Below are positions 39,707 through 48,368 of a stretch of 64,000 nt of DNA, piece by piece (position 1 is the stretch's first letter; each line of letters opens with the position of its first letter). The stretch comes from Vampirovibrionales bacterium (GTDB lineage: Bacteria > Cyanobacteriota > Vampirovibrionia > Vampirovibrionales > JAJTHC01): the NCBI GenBank assembly GCA_035285025.1, contig JAYKHY010000036.1, positions 1 through 64,000 of the forward strand, written 5' to 3'. The position numbers were made by a program, and so were the translations under genes. The notes beneath the pieces are model-generated. The model had not been told where the DNA came from and did not search any database. It worked only from the letters and a program-made list of their open reading frames with translations.

Positions 39707-40012
39707 CAATGACATTAGACAGACATGTCCTGTGTTTTTTGGACGAAGCTCTAATGGCTTTTGAGGAGCCCTGCGAGCTAAGCCATACAATGCGGGCCTT
39801 AGGGTTTACGCTTTGCAGAACAGACTTACCTGATTTTATTTTTCTTGAATGAATGATTTTTTTTGCAGTATTGACGCGTATTCTGCCTTTTTACGAGTCT
39901 GCCTGTTTTGCTGATGCATGACTTGATGCCTCGTTCGATGAGCCAGGATGAGGCCAGATGCCTGCAATCGGCCTAATTGATTAGTCAGCGCCGCTGAAAG
40001 CCGTTTTTAGTT

Positions 40013-43000
40013 ATGCCAGATGTTTTAATTGCACACGAGCCGGTTTTAAATTTCGCCGCAGTTAAAGCCATGGCGCCCGCCGGCGCGTGGCGACGCGGCT
40101 ATAACTATTTTAAAGAAGATCGCCGCATCCAGAAAATCGGCCTGAGCGAAACAGGCGTTGAGGCGAAAATCAAGGGCAATTTTAAAAAAGCGTACACCAC
40201 CACGCTCAAATTTAACGATCCCACCTGTAGCGAATACCCGTTTGAGCCTGATTGTAGCTGTCCGCTCAATGAGCCGTGGTGCAAACACGCTGTTGCGGTG
40301 GCGTTGACCGCCGCCGAGAACAACCTTTGGGAGGCTTACTGGCAGCTCCCCATCGAGGACGACATGGCCGCCGATGAGGCGCTCGATGATTTTGAGGGGC
40401 GTTACCAGTTTTGGTTGGATGAAAACCGCAAGCCCAAGTTTTTCGCGATTCGTGCCCTTGACCGGCGCAACGGCAAAGCGGTTTACCAGAGCGAGCAGGT
40501 GCTTAAAAAGGCGCTGAGCCAGCCGGGTGGCATTAACGAGGCGCAGCGCCGCGAGATGAGTATTTTTCAGGCGCTCGTCAAGCTGGATCAGCTTAATTCT
40601 GGCGGGGCTCAGGGCTGGTTTGTGGTGCCAAAATCTAAGCTGGGCGAGTTATTGCCGCTGCTTAGCCAGTTGGAAGAAGTCCGCGATAAGGATACCGGCG
40701 CGCGGCTGGTGTTTCATAGCGACCCGCTTAAGTTGCAGTTGTCCGTGAATGCCTCGATGGCGGGTAACGTGCAGGTTGCGCTGCATTGGCTGCGGGAGCG
40801 CCCGCGCGATGTGTATCCGCTGGAAGAACTCACGCTTTACAGCCGTGATTTGCCCTGGGGACGCTATAAGCATCATCTTTTTCCGCTTAAAAACACCCTG
40901 AATCAGTTGCCTGGGCATTTAACCAAGGCGACGTTCAGCGATATTCGGGATGCGGACGGCGGCAAATTTATGTACGAGGAGCTGCCAAGGCTCCGTAAAT
41001 TGGTAGAAGTCGAAGGCACCGAGCAGCTAGACAAGCTTCGGCTGGAAAAACGCCCGCCCAAAAAGATTCTTTCGCTGGAACTCATCGATCCGGCCTCGTT
41101 GCGGCTGCGTTTAAGCTTGTCGTTCAGTTACGATGGCGTCGAGGTACCGTTTAGCAAATCTGCCCCCGAGACGCCCTACGTGATGGTCGTCAAGAAAAAA
41201 GAAGAGCAGCTTTATTGGGTTAAGCGTGATTTGCGCGAAGAGCACGCGGCGTATAAAAAACTGATGGAAAGCCGGCTGGAGCCCTTGCAAGGGAGTTATT
41301 TCCAGGCCGAAGGTGATGACGCCATTGATGCCGCTAACCTGGCCGAAAGCAAACTGTTTGGCAAGGATTGGGAAACTAAAACCGTCGGGCCGCATTCGCT
41401 CGAGGCGCTCAAAGTGTCTAAGCATCCGCTTAAAATCCGGGCCGAAATTGACTTCTCGAAGGATTCGGTTGATAGCTTTGAGGCCGAAATCGATTGCACC
41501 ATTGGCAAACAGCGGATGGACCTGGACGATGTGCAAAATCATCTGATGCAAGGGAAAAAATATTTTTACCTGTCGGGTGCGGGGTTTGTCGAAATTCCGC
41601 TGGCGGATATTTTACAGTTTGGCAAAACCATTCAGGCGTTTGATGCGGTTACCGTGGGCCGGGATCGCTATAAAATCCAGACGTTTAAAGCGGGCCTGAT
41701 TGCCGAGCTGGTGGATCAGGGCGTTAAGCTTAAAATGACGGCCAAGTTCCAGAAATTCTGGGATGTGATTGCTTCGACCAGCGACATGGAAGAGCTGGAC
41801 GTGCCCGAGAATGTTCACGCAGAACTTCGGCCGTACCAGAAACGCGGCTTTAACTGGCTCTGGTTTTTGTACAGCTATGGCCTCAACGGGATTCTGGCGG
41901 ACGACATGGGCTTGGGTAAAACGCTGCAAGCGCTTACCGTGTTGCAGCAGGCTAAAAACACGCACGGCCAACGCCCTAGCCTGATTGTTTGCCCGACCAG
42001 CATTGTATTTAACTGGCAAAACGAAATCGCCCGTTTTACGCCCGATTTAAAGGTGATTAACCTGACGGGGAGCAACCGCTACGGGTTGTACAAAAAAATT
42101 GCCGAAGCCGACATTGTGATTACCAGTTACGCGTTGCTGCGGCGCGATATTAACGCGCTGAAAAACTATCCCATGCGCTACGTGATTCTGGATGAATCGC
42201 AGAATATTAAAAACTGGCAGTCGCAAACGGCGCTTGCTGCAAAAAGCCTCCAGGCCGACCACCGGTTGGCGCTTTCGGGGACGCCAATTGAAAACCGGCT
42301 GAGCGAGCTCTGGAGTGTGTTTGACTTTTTAATGCCCGGCTTTTTGTACGAACCCGAGGTGTTTCGGCAAAAGTATACTGTGCCCATCGAGGAGCGCGGC
42401 AACCGCGACGCGGAACGCCGGCTTAAAAAACAGGTGTTTCCGTTTATTTTGCGCCGTATGAAGCAAGACGTGGCGAAAGATCTGCCGCCCAAAATCGAGA
42501 ACGTCGCCTACTGTGAGCTGACCGACGCCCAGCGCCAGCGTTATCTGGATATTCTGGAAGAGACGCGCAACGAGGTGTTTAACGCCATTAATAAAGATGG
42601 CGTGCAGGGCAGCCAGCGGAGTATTTTTACCGCACTGACGCGTTTGCGCCAATTGTGCTGCGATCCACGGCTGCTCTCGGATGAGCTTTCGGGCGGGCTT
42701 AAGGAATCCGGTAAATTTGAGCTGATGAAAGACCTGCTGCAAGAGATTGTGGCCGAAAACGGTCGCGTGCTGCTGTTTAGCCAGTTTGTCGAGATGCTCA
42801 AGCTGATTCGGGCGTGGCTGGATAAAGTGGGCATTAAGTACGAATACCTGACGGGCGAGACCAAGGACCGCGAAGGGGCCGTGAACCGCTTTAACAGCGA
42901 TGCGAGTATTCCGATCTTCCTGATTAGCCTAAAGGCGGGCGGCACGGGGCTTAACCTGACCGGGGCCGACTACGTGATGCATTACGACCCGTGGTGGAAC

Positions 43001-43222
43001 CCGGCTGCGGAAGATCAGGCGACCGACCGGGCGCACCGCATTGGCCAGACCAAAACCGTGTTTGTGTACCGCCTGATTGCCAAGGGCACGGTGGAAGAAA
43101 AAATTATGGCCCTGAAAGAGCGCAAGCGCGATCTCGTGGACTCGATCATTGCCGCAGACCGCAGCATGGGCAAGTTTCTCACGCTGGAAGATCTCAAAGA
43201 GATTCTGTCGCCAGGGTTTTAG
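40013..43222 (+). CDS. SNF2-family helicase with N-terminal SWIM zinc finger
   Basis: CxC...CKHAVAVAL SWIM motif, SNF2 ATPase motifs (ILADDMGLGKT, DESQNIKN) and helicase C domain. The 3' terminal 69 bp are duplicated downstream. Confidence 0.9.
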   Translation: MPDVLIAHEPVLNFAAVKAMAPAGAWRRGYNYFKEDRRIQKIGLSETGVEAKIKGNFKKAYTTTLKFNDPTCSEYPFEPDCSCPLNEPWCKHAVAVALTAAENNLWEAYWQLPIEDDMAADEALDDFEGRYQFWLDENRKPKFFAIRALDRRNGKAVYQSEQVLKKALSQPGGINEAQRREMSIFQALVKLDQLNSGGAQGWFVVPKSKLGELLPLLSQLEEVRDKDTGARLVFHSDPLKLQLSVNASMAGNVQVALHWLRERPRDVYPLEELTLYSRDLPWGRYKHHLFPLKNTLNQLPGHLTKATFSDIRDADGGKFMYEELPRLRKLVEVEGTEQLDKLRLEKRPPKKILSLELIDPASLRLRLSLSFSYDGVEVPFSKSAPETPYVMVVKKKEEQLYWVKRDLREEHAAYKKLMESRLEPLQGSYFQAEGDDAIDAANLAESKLFGKDWETKTVGPHSLEALKVSKHPLKIRAEIDFSKDSVDSFEAEIDCTIGKQRMDLDDVQNHLMQGKKYFYLSGAGFVEIPLADILQFGKTIQAFDAVTVGRDRYKIQTFKAGLIAELVDQGVKLKMTAKFQKFWDVIASTSDMEELDVPENVHAELRPYQKRGFNWLWFLYSYGLNGILADDMGLGKTLQALTVLQQAKNTHGQRPSLIVCPTSIVFNWQNEIARFTPDLKVINLTGSNRYGLYKKIAEADIVITSYALLRRDINALKNYPMRYVILDESQNIKNWQSQTALAAKSLQADHRLALSGTPIENRLSELWSVFDFLMPGFLYEPEVFRQKYTVPIEERGNRDAERRLKKQVFPFILRRMKQDVAKDLPPKIENVAYCELTDAQRQRYLDILEETRNEVFNAINKDGVQGSQRSIFTALTRLRQLCCDPRLLSDELSGGLKESGKFELMKDLLQEIVAENGRVLLFSQFVEMLKLIRAWLDKVGIKYEYLTGETKDREGAVNRFNSDASIPIFLISLKAGGTGLNLTGADYVMHYDPWWNPAAEDQATDRAHRIGQTKTVFVYRLIAKGTVEEKIMALKERKRDLVDSIIAADRSMGKFLTLEDLKEILSPGF
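43154..43222. repeat. 69-bp direct repeat, copy 1 (current helicase 3' end)
   Basis: 66/69 identical to ~44700-44768. All differences are synonymous (TTT/TTC, CTC/CTG, TAG/TAA). Confidence 0.85.
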
Positions 43223-43231
43223 AAGGGGCTC

Positions 43232-43303
43232 ATTTTAAGATAAGGCGTTATCGTAAAATGAAACCTGTTCTTATTTTAAGATAAGGCGTTATCGTAAAAT
43301 GAA
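43232..43303. repeat. Two 31-bp direct repeats (ATTTTAAGATAAGGCGTTATCGTAAAATGAA) 10 bp apart, each with a GATAA-N4-TTATC inverted repeat, immediately upstream of fic
   Basis: Exact duplication read from the sequence. Likely an operator pair or junction relic. Confidence 0.7.
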
Positions 43304-43313
43304 GGAATAGGTT

Positions 43314-44489
43314 ATGAAAAGAAGTCTACAAGGACGATTTGTCAAAACTTCTTACGCTGGAGAAGTTGTTCAAGCATTTCTACCTAATCCGCTACCCAGC
43401 ATGGAAGATATTCAATGGACAGCAAATTTACGCACAAAATTTGATAAAGCGTTGGTCTGTTTGGGTCGGCTGGATGCCATAAGTAGAATTTTGCCCAGAC
43501 CCGATTTGTTTATTTTTACTTACATTCATAAAGAAGCACTTTTATCTTCAATAATAGAAGGTACGCAATCTTCTCTTTCTGAATTAATATTGTTTGAGCA
43601 AGATGCCTATTCAACGAATATTGCAAAAGAGTTTGATGATCTAACAGAAACCAGTAACTATATAAAAGCGTTTGATCATGCAATTAAACGTTTAACAGAA
43701 GGATTTCCGCTAAGCTTAAGATTGATTTGCGAAATTCACGAGCAATTGCTGGCCTCAGGTCGTGGAAGTCAAAAAAATCCTGGAGAGTTCAGAAGAAGTC
43801 AGAATTGGATAGGGGGAACTAGACCAGGGAACGCTTTTTTTGTTCCGCCACCTTTTAAAAACGTGCCTGAGCTAATGGGGCAATTGGAAGATTTTTTGCA
43901 TGACAAATTTTTTGAAACGCCCATTTTGCTAAAAGCAGCCTTGGCTCACGTTCAGTTTGAAACCATACATCCTTTTTTAGATGGCAATGGACGTTTAGGT
44001 CGCCTCTTAATTACATTGCTTTTGTATAACGATAAAATTTTATCTCAGCCTATTTTGTATTTGAGCTTATATTTTAAACTTCATCGTACACGCTATTATG
44101 AATTACTTAATATAGTTCGGTATGAAGGTGATTGGGAAGTTTGGCTGGATTTCTTTGCTGAAGCAGTTATTTACTCAAGCGAGCAAGCTGTTAACGATGC
44201 TCATCGACTTTTAACCTTGTTTGAACAAGATAGATTAAAGATTTCTGGTTTAGGAAGAGTCTCTGAATCAGTAAAGCTCGTTTTTAATACGTTTGAAAAA
44301 TTTCCTATACAAATAGCTAAACGCGTCACTAATATTACTCAATTAACACCTGCTACTGTAAATAAAAGCTTAAAGGAACTCGTACATCTCAACATTTTAC
44401 GGCAACAAGGAGTACATAACAGACATCGTATTTACGTCTATTCTAAATATATGGACATTTTAAATGAAGGAACTGAGTTAAATGAATAA
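43314..44489 (+). CDS. fic: Fic-family protein (class II, N-terminal inhibitory motif) with C-terminal winged-helix domain
   Basis: HPFLDGNGRLGR Fic active-site motif. SSIIEG matches the (S/T)xxxE(G/N) inhibitory motif N-terminal to the Fic core. Confidence 0.9.
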   Translation: MKRSLQGRFVKTSYAGEVVQAFLPNPLPSMEDIQWTANLRTKFDKALVCLGRLDAISRILPRPDLFIFTYIHKEALLSSIIEGTQSSLSELILFEQDAYSTNIAKEFDDLTETSNYIKAFDHAIKRLTEGFPLSLRLICEIHEQLLASGRGSQKNPGEFRRSQNWIGGTRPGNAFFVPPPFKNVPELMGQLEDFLHDKFFETPILLKAALAHVQFETIHPFLDGNGRLGRLLITLLLYNDKILSQPILYLSLYFKLHRTRYYELLNIVRYEGDWEVWLDFFAEAVIYSSEQAVNDAHRLLTLFEQDRLKISGLGRVSESVKLVFNTFEKFPIQIAKRVTNITQLTPATVNKSLKELVHLNILRQQGVHNRHRIYVYSKYMDILNEGTELNE

Positions 44490-44699
44490 GATATACTATT
44501 TGAAATTTTATTTACAGGCTAAATAATCTCTCCATGTGCACGAGCTGCGGGGCAGCGTTTGAGCACCGTGAACGAGCTGTGTATAGTAAAGTGCAAGGGT
44601 CTGAGGAGCTTTAGAGAGGATTTCTCCTCAGTTCTTTTAACAAAACAGGGTATAGCTTAACATTTCTGCGATTAAAGCACCACTCACACTCTTTGAGAT

Positions 44700-44768
44700 G
44701 CAGACCGCAGCATGGGCAAGTTCCTGACGCTGGAAGATCTCAAAGAGATTCTGTCGCCAGGGTTTTAA
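44700..44768. repeat. 69-bp direct repeat, copy 2 (displaced ancestral helicase 3' end)
   Basis: See copy 1. Confidence 0.85.
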
Positions 44769-45152
44769 TAGGGTGTTTTCTTTTAGGTAAAGCTTGATGC
44801 TGTGTAATAACGTAGTCTAATGCTTAGGCCTTGATCTTTTTTTGAAAATTTTTTTCAGCATCAAAAAACTTAGTAGTTTTTTAACTTGCCTTTGCCTTGT
44901 AGGGTTGCTATGCTACTACAGCACCCGTTATAAATATAATGGTTGTAGGGCTTAAGAACCCTGAAGCAAGTGGTTAGGTATCTGACCATCAACTAGATGC
45001 CACCTTCCGGTTATGCCGGGAGGCGGCGTTTTATGTCCAGGCTTTTAGCTAAAAAGCGCCGCGGCCGTCTTGTTTCGGTTTCTTAACTCCCGGCTCCTCT
45101 AAATTTAAGAGGGGCTTTCGTGATTTTAAGAACGTGAAGCAAGGTCAAAATA

Positions 45153-46097
45153 ATGAGCACGCCAGCAGTGCTATTTATATTTTTTAGGCGTCAAGGCGTG
45201 GCGCTTAAAGTGTTTGAACGCATTGCCGCTGCGAAGCCAGCAAAGCTTTATTTGGCGTGTGATGGCCCTAGGGTTCAGCGCCCAGATGAAGCTGAAGCCG
45301 TTTTTGCACTCAGGGAGCTTATTTTAAGCAGAATCGATTGGCCTTGCGAGGTTTTTACTAATTTTAGCGATACTAATGTCGGGTGTGCGATTCGAATATC
45401 TTCTGCAGTGACTTGGCTTTTTGAGCATGAATCTGAAGGCATTATTCTTGAAGAAGACTGTATGCCAGATCCTTCATTCTTTGACTTTTCTCGCGTGATG
45501 CTTGAGCGCTACCGCGATGATGCTAGGGTAATGCATATTGCTGGGTATAACTGTTTTGACCCAAAAAAAACATATAGCGATGGGGATTATTTTTATACAC
45601 GTTCGCCATTGATTTGGGGCTGGGCTGGCTGGCGTAGGGCTTGGCAACATTACGATTTAAAAATGTCGACGTATCCGGTTTATCGTCAATCAAACGTATT
45701 TAAGTTCTACAAGCATCAGCCAGCTTTTAAGCTGATTGGCGCGTTGAACGAATATTTAATGAACCGCGTTTATCAAGAAAATAACGGTGTTAAGCCAAGA
45801 ACCTTTGCTTATCCGTGGGCGTATGCAGTTGCTATTCAAAACGGGCTTTGTATTAACCCACGCGTTAACTTAATTACTAATTTGGGGGTAGGGTCAGATG
45901 CGACGCACCAGCGTTTAGCAATAGGAGAAGATGTTAACCGGCCTACAGCGGCGTTAACAAGCTATAACGCGCCCAGTGTAATGCTGCCCAATGCCGATGC
46001 CGAACGCTATATGTATCAAAAACATCACGAATATTCTGTGAGCGGGTTGTTTAAAAAAGTGATTACTAAATTCTGGCTTAAATTAAAGGCCGCTTGA
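45153..46097 (+). CDS. Putative glycosyltransferase (HlpA-like / GT-A-like)
   Basis: Weak family-level resemblance to capsule/LPS-locus glycosyltransferases annotated as hemolytic protein HlpA-like. Low GC relative to the backbone. Confidence 0.45.
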   Translation: MSTPAVLFIFFRRQGVALKVFERIAAAKPAKLYLACDGPRVQRPDEAEAVFALRELILSRIDWPCEVFTNFSDTNVGCAIRISSAVTWLFEHESEGIILEEDCMPDPSFFDFSRVMLERYRDDARVMHIAGYNCFDPKKTYSDGDYFYTRSPLIWGWAGWRRAWQHYDLKMSTYPVYRQSNVFKFYKHQPAFKLIGALNEYLMNRVYQENNGVKPRTFAYPWAYAVAIQNGLCINPRVNLITNLGVGSDATHQRLAIGEDVNRPTAALTSYNAPSVMLPNADAERYMYQKHHEYSVSGLFKKVITKFWLKLKAA

Positions 46098-46116
46098 GCA
46101 AATGGATTAAGCAACA

Positions 46117-46686
46117 ATGAATATAGTGAAAGTTTTTTTTAAAGAACTGGGGTGTGTGCAGATGGCACTGCTCAGGCTTGTTTTATCTCTTTTGGGTAAT
46201 GGTGGCTTAGCCAGAAGAATCCGCGCCCGTGTCTATTCAGCGTTTTCTGGGCGGCGTTTTCATGTAGGGCGTAATGTTGCTATCGCTTCAGATGTTTATA
46301 TTCACACGTTAAACGAGCAAATTTATCTAGACGATGAATGCCAGATTTTTGTCGGTGTTCATCTAGATGCTGGCTCCGGGATTCATATTGGTAAGCGGGC
46401 TGCGATTGGGTTTCGGTGTCTTTTTATTACCAGTGAACATCCTGTGGATACAGATTTTAAAAAAATCAGGCCTGCCTACCCTGGTGGACCAATCAAACTT
46501 GAAGATGATGTCTGGTTGGGTGCGAGTGTTATTGTTTTGCCAGGCGTTACGATTGGTAAAGGGTCGGTTATTGGGGCAGGCAGCTTAGTTACTAAAAGCA
46601 TTCCACCGAACTCTCTTGCCTTGGGCTCTCCAGCAAAGGTAATTAGATCTATCAATCAGGACGAAGATCGTAGTGCGTTAGTCTAG
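46117..46686 (+). CDS. Hexapeptide-repeat (left-handed beta-helix) acetyltransferase
   Basis: Repeated [LIV]G-x4 hexapeptides (IGKRAAIGFRCLF, VWLGASVIVLPGVTIGKGSVIGAGSLV). Confidence 0.8.
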   Translation: MNIVKVFFKELGCVQMALLRLVLSLLGNGGLARRIRARVYSAFSGRRFHVGRNVAIASDVYIHTLNEQIYLDDECQIFVGVHLDAGSGIHIGKRAAIGFRCLFITSEHPVDTDFKKIRPAYPGGPIKLEDDVWLGASVIVLPGVTIGKGSVIGAGSLVTKSIPPNSLALGSPAKVIRSINQDEDRSALV

Positions 46687-46738
46687 GTTAGTTGTTTCGT
46701 TGATTTTCCGTGGACAAGGATGTCTGGAGGATGAATGA

Positions 46739-46921
46739 ATGAGCCCTCAAAAGTGGAATCCTGATAGTGAAGAGGCGATGCTTCTTGAGTTATTTAGGCA
46801 GGGTGGAATTACTAAAATAGAGATGATTAGACGGCTTTATGCGCTTCAATCGCCGCTGTATCAAGAGATTATTTCTGACTGGAACTTGTTAGCATCAGAA
46901 ATTGAACAAATCCACGCTTAG
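46739..46921 (+). CDS. Hypothetical small protein (60 aa)
   Basis: Short ORF between the acetyltransferase gene and the tRNA. Weak support. Confidence 0.3.
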   Translation: MSPQKWNPDSEEAMLLELFRQGGITKIEMIRRLYALQSPLYQEIISDWNLLASEIEQIHA

Positions 46922-46960
46922 TGTGCATTGCATACAATTGATTGCGTGTTTAGTAAAATT

Positions 46961-47047
46961 CGGAGCGGGGGAGATTCGAACTCCCGGTCGGCTTTCACCG
47001 ACACAGACTTTCCAGGTCTGCACCTTAAACCACTCGGACACCGCTCC
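46961..47047 (-). tRNA. tRNA-Ser (anticodon GGA), long variable arm
   Basis: Minus-strand sequence GGAGCGGTGTCCGAGTGGTTTAAGGTGCAGACCTGGAAAGTCTGTGTCGGTGAAAGCCGACCGGGAGTTCGAATCTCCCCCGCTCCG. Acceptor stem pairs, CT-GGA-AA anticodon loop, TPsiC GTTCGAATC, no encoded CCA. Confidence 0.85.
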
Positions 47048-47146
47048 AGCGACGTGTGAGGTTCTCTCTCTACTTTAATACAAACATGCCACACCGTAGC
47101 GTGCGGCGCGCGTAGCCCTTTTGGGACAATAACCGATACTCTTAAA

Positions 47147-48172
47147 TTACGGGGTTTGCGTTCGGGGTTTGGCCGAACTTTGCCCCACCAGCCATAGCCC
47201 TGCGGCCACGCAACACCCGGCAAAGCCCATCATCAGGGTAAATTGCTCGCCTAAAAACAAAAAGCCCAACACGGCGGCAACCACGGGTTGCACAAACACA
47301 TACGCCGACACGGTGGCCGGGCTGAGTCGCTTGAGGGCAAAGTTGGTGAGCGTGTAATTCATAATACTGGCCGGAAACACCAGATACATCAGCCATCCCC
47401 ACCCGTGGGGCGTGAGCGCTGCCAGTCGCTGGCCCAGTTGTATCAAGGTTGGCACGGGGTTGCCGTGCATTATTGCGCCAAAAAACGGACCAATCATCGT
47501 AGTGAGTAACGCCGCAAGCAATGCGCCGCTGTAGCAGTAGGCGGTTACGGTAAAAGGTGGGTAGCGGTTTACAAACGGCTTGTTCTGAATTAAAAACCAC
47601 GCAAACGCCAGCGCGTTAACTAAAATCAGGGCATCGCCCAGTAAAAACGTGCTGGGCAAACCCGCAACCCGCCCCGGATTTAGTGTTAACAGCAAGCCGA
47701 CGCCGCTAAAGCCCAGCAACACGCCCAGCGCTTTTTTAAGCGCAATCGGCTCTAGTTTAAGCAGTAAACTCAGGGCCAGCGTAAACAGTGGAATGGTGGC
47801 CATAATCAGGCTGGCGTGGAAGGTGCTGGTGTACTCTACGCCAAAGACCGACACTAGTTGGACAAACCACATGCCCACTACGCCCAGGCCAATCAGTTTA
47901 AACGTATCGGCCGTGCTTTTAAGCCGGGTTTTAATCCACACGCGCTCGGCCAACATCATCAGCAGGGCCGGTATCATCAGGCGCAGCAGGCCCAGCTCCC
48001 ACGCCGAGGTTTCTTGCAGAAGCCATTTAACCACCAGCGCAAACGCGCCAAAGGTTAAACCCACAAAACCGAGCGCCGCGTGCGGAACCCAGGGCGCTTG
48101 TAGGAACGATTGAATCGGTGTGCGCGCGTCGGTCACGGCAGGGCTGAGTGTGGTGGCAGGCATTCGAGACAA
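47147..48172 (-). CDS. EamA/DMT-superfamily transporter
   Basis: Ten predicted TM helices arranged as two EamA-like repeats. Confidence 0.75.
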   Translation of the reverse strand: MSRMPATTLSPAVTDARTPIQSFLQAPWVPHAALGFVGLTFGAFALVVKWLLQETSAWELGLLRLMIPALLMMLAERVWIKTRLKSTADTFKLIGLGVVGMWFVQLVSVFGVEYTSTFHASLIMATIPLFTLALSLLLKLEPIALKKALGVLLGFSGVGLLLTLNPGRVAGLPSTFLLGDALILVNALAFAWFLIQNKPFVNRYPPFTVTAYCYSGALLAALLTTMIGPFFGAIMHGNPVPTLIQLGQRLAALTPHGWGWLMYLVFPASIMNYTLTNFALKRLSPATVSAYVFVQPVVAAVLGFLFLGEQFTLMMGFAGCCVAAGLWLVGQSSAKPRTQTP

Positions 48173-48368
48173 AAGGGCAAGTGCGAAGCCGACAAAGGGC
48201 CTGCGGGTGGGGTGGCTTTAAAGGGCCACAAGGCGCGCAAAGCCTTGTGCAGCAGTGTTTTATCGAGCAAATGATGCGCTAAACATGTTTGCTATAATAA
48301 ATAAAAAACGCTAATTGTAGAAGCCGATGCCTACACGAACGCTCGAACTGATTTAGGCTGTTTTTGAC

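Larger units (their letters stand above)
43223..44699 (+). mobile_element. 1.5 kb low-GC islet carrying a fic gene, inserted at the 3' end of the SNF2 helicase gene and bounded by 69-bp direct repeats; no integrase
   Basis: Bracketed by a near-identical duplication of the helicase terminus. Visibly AT-richer than the flanks. The displaced copy opens directly after a TGA and would encode the same C-terminus. Confidence 0.45.

Noticed and set aside
43232-43303. Possible CRISPR array (31-bp direct repeats)
   Set aside because: Only two repeat copies with a 10-bp spacer, no cas genes, and an inverted-repeat operator-like core. Better explained as a regulatory or junction element.
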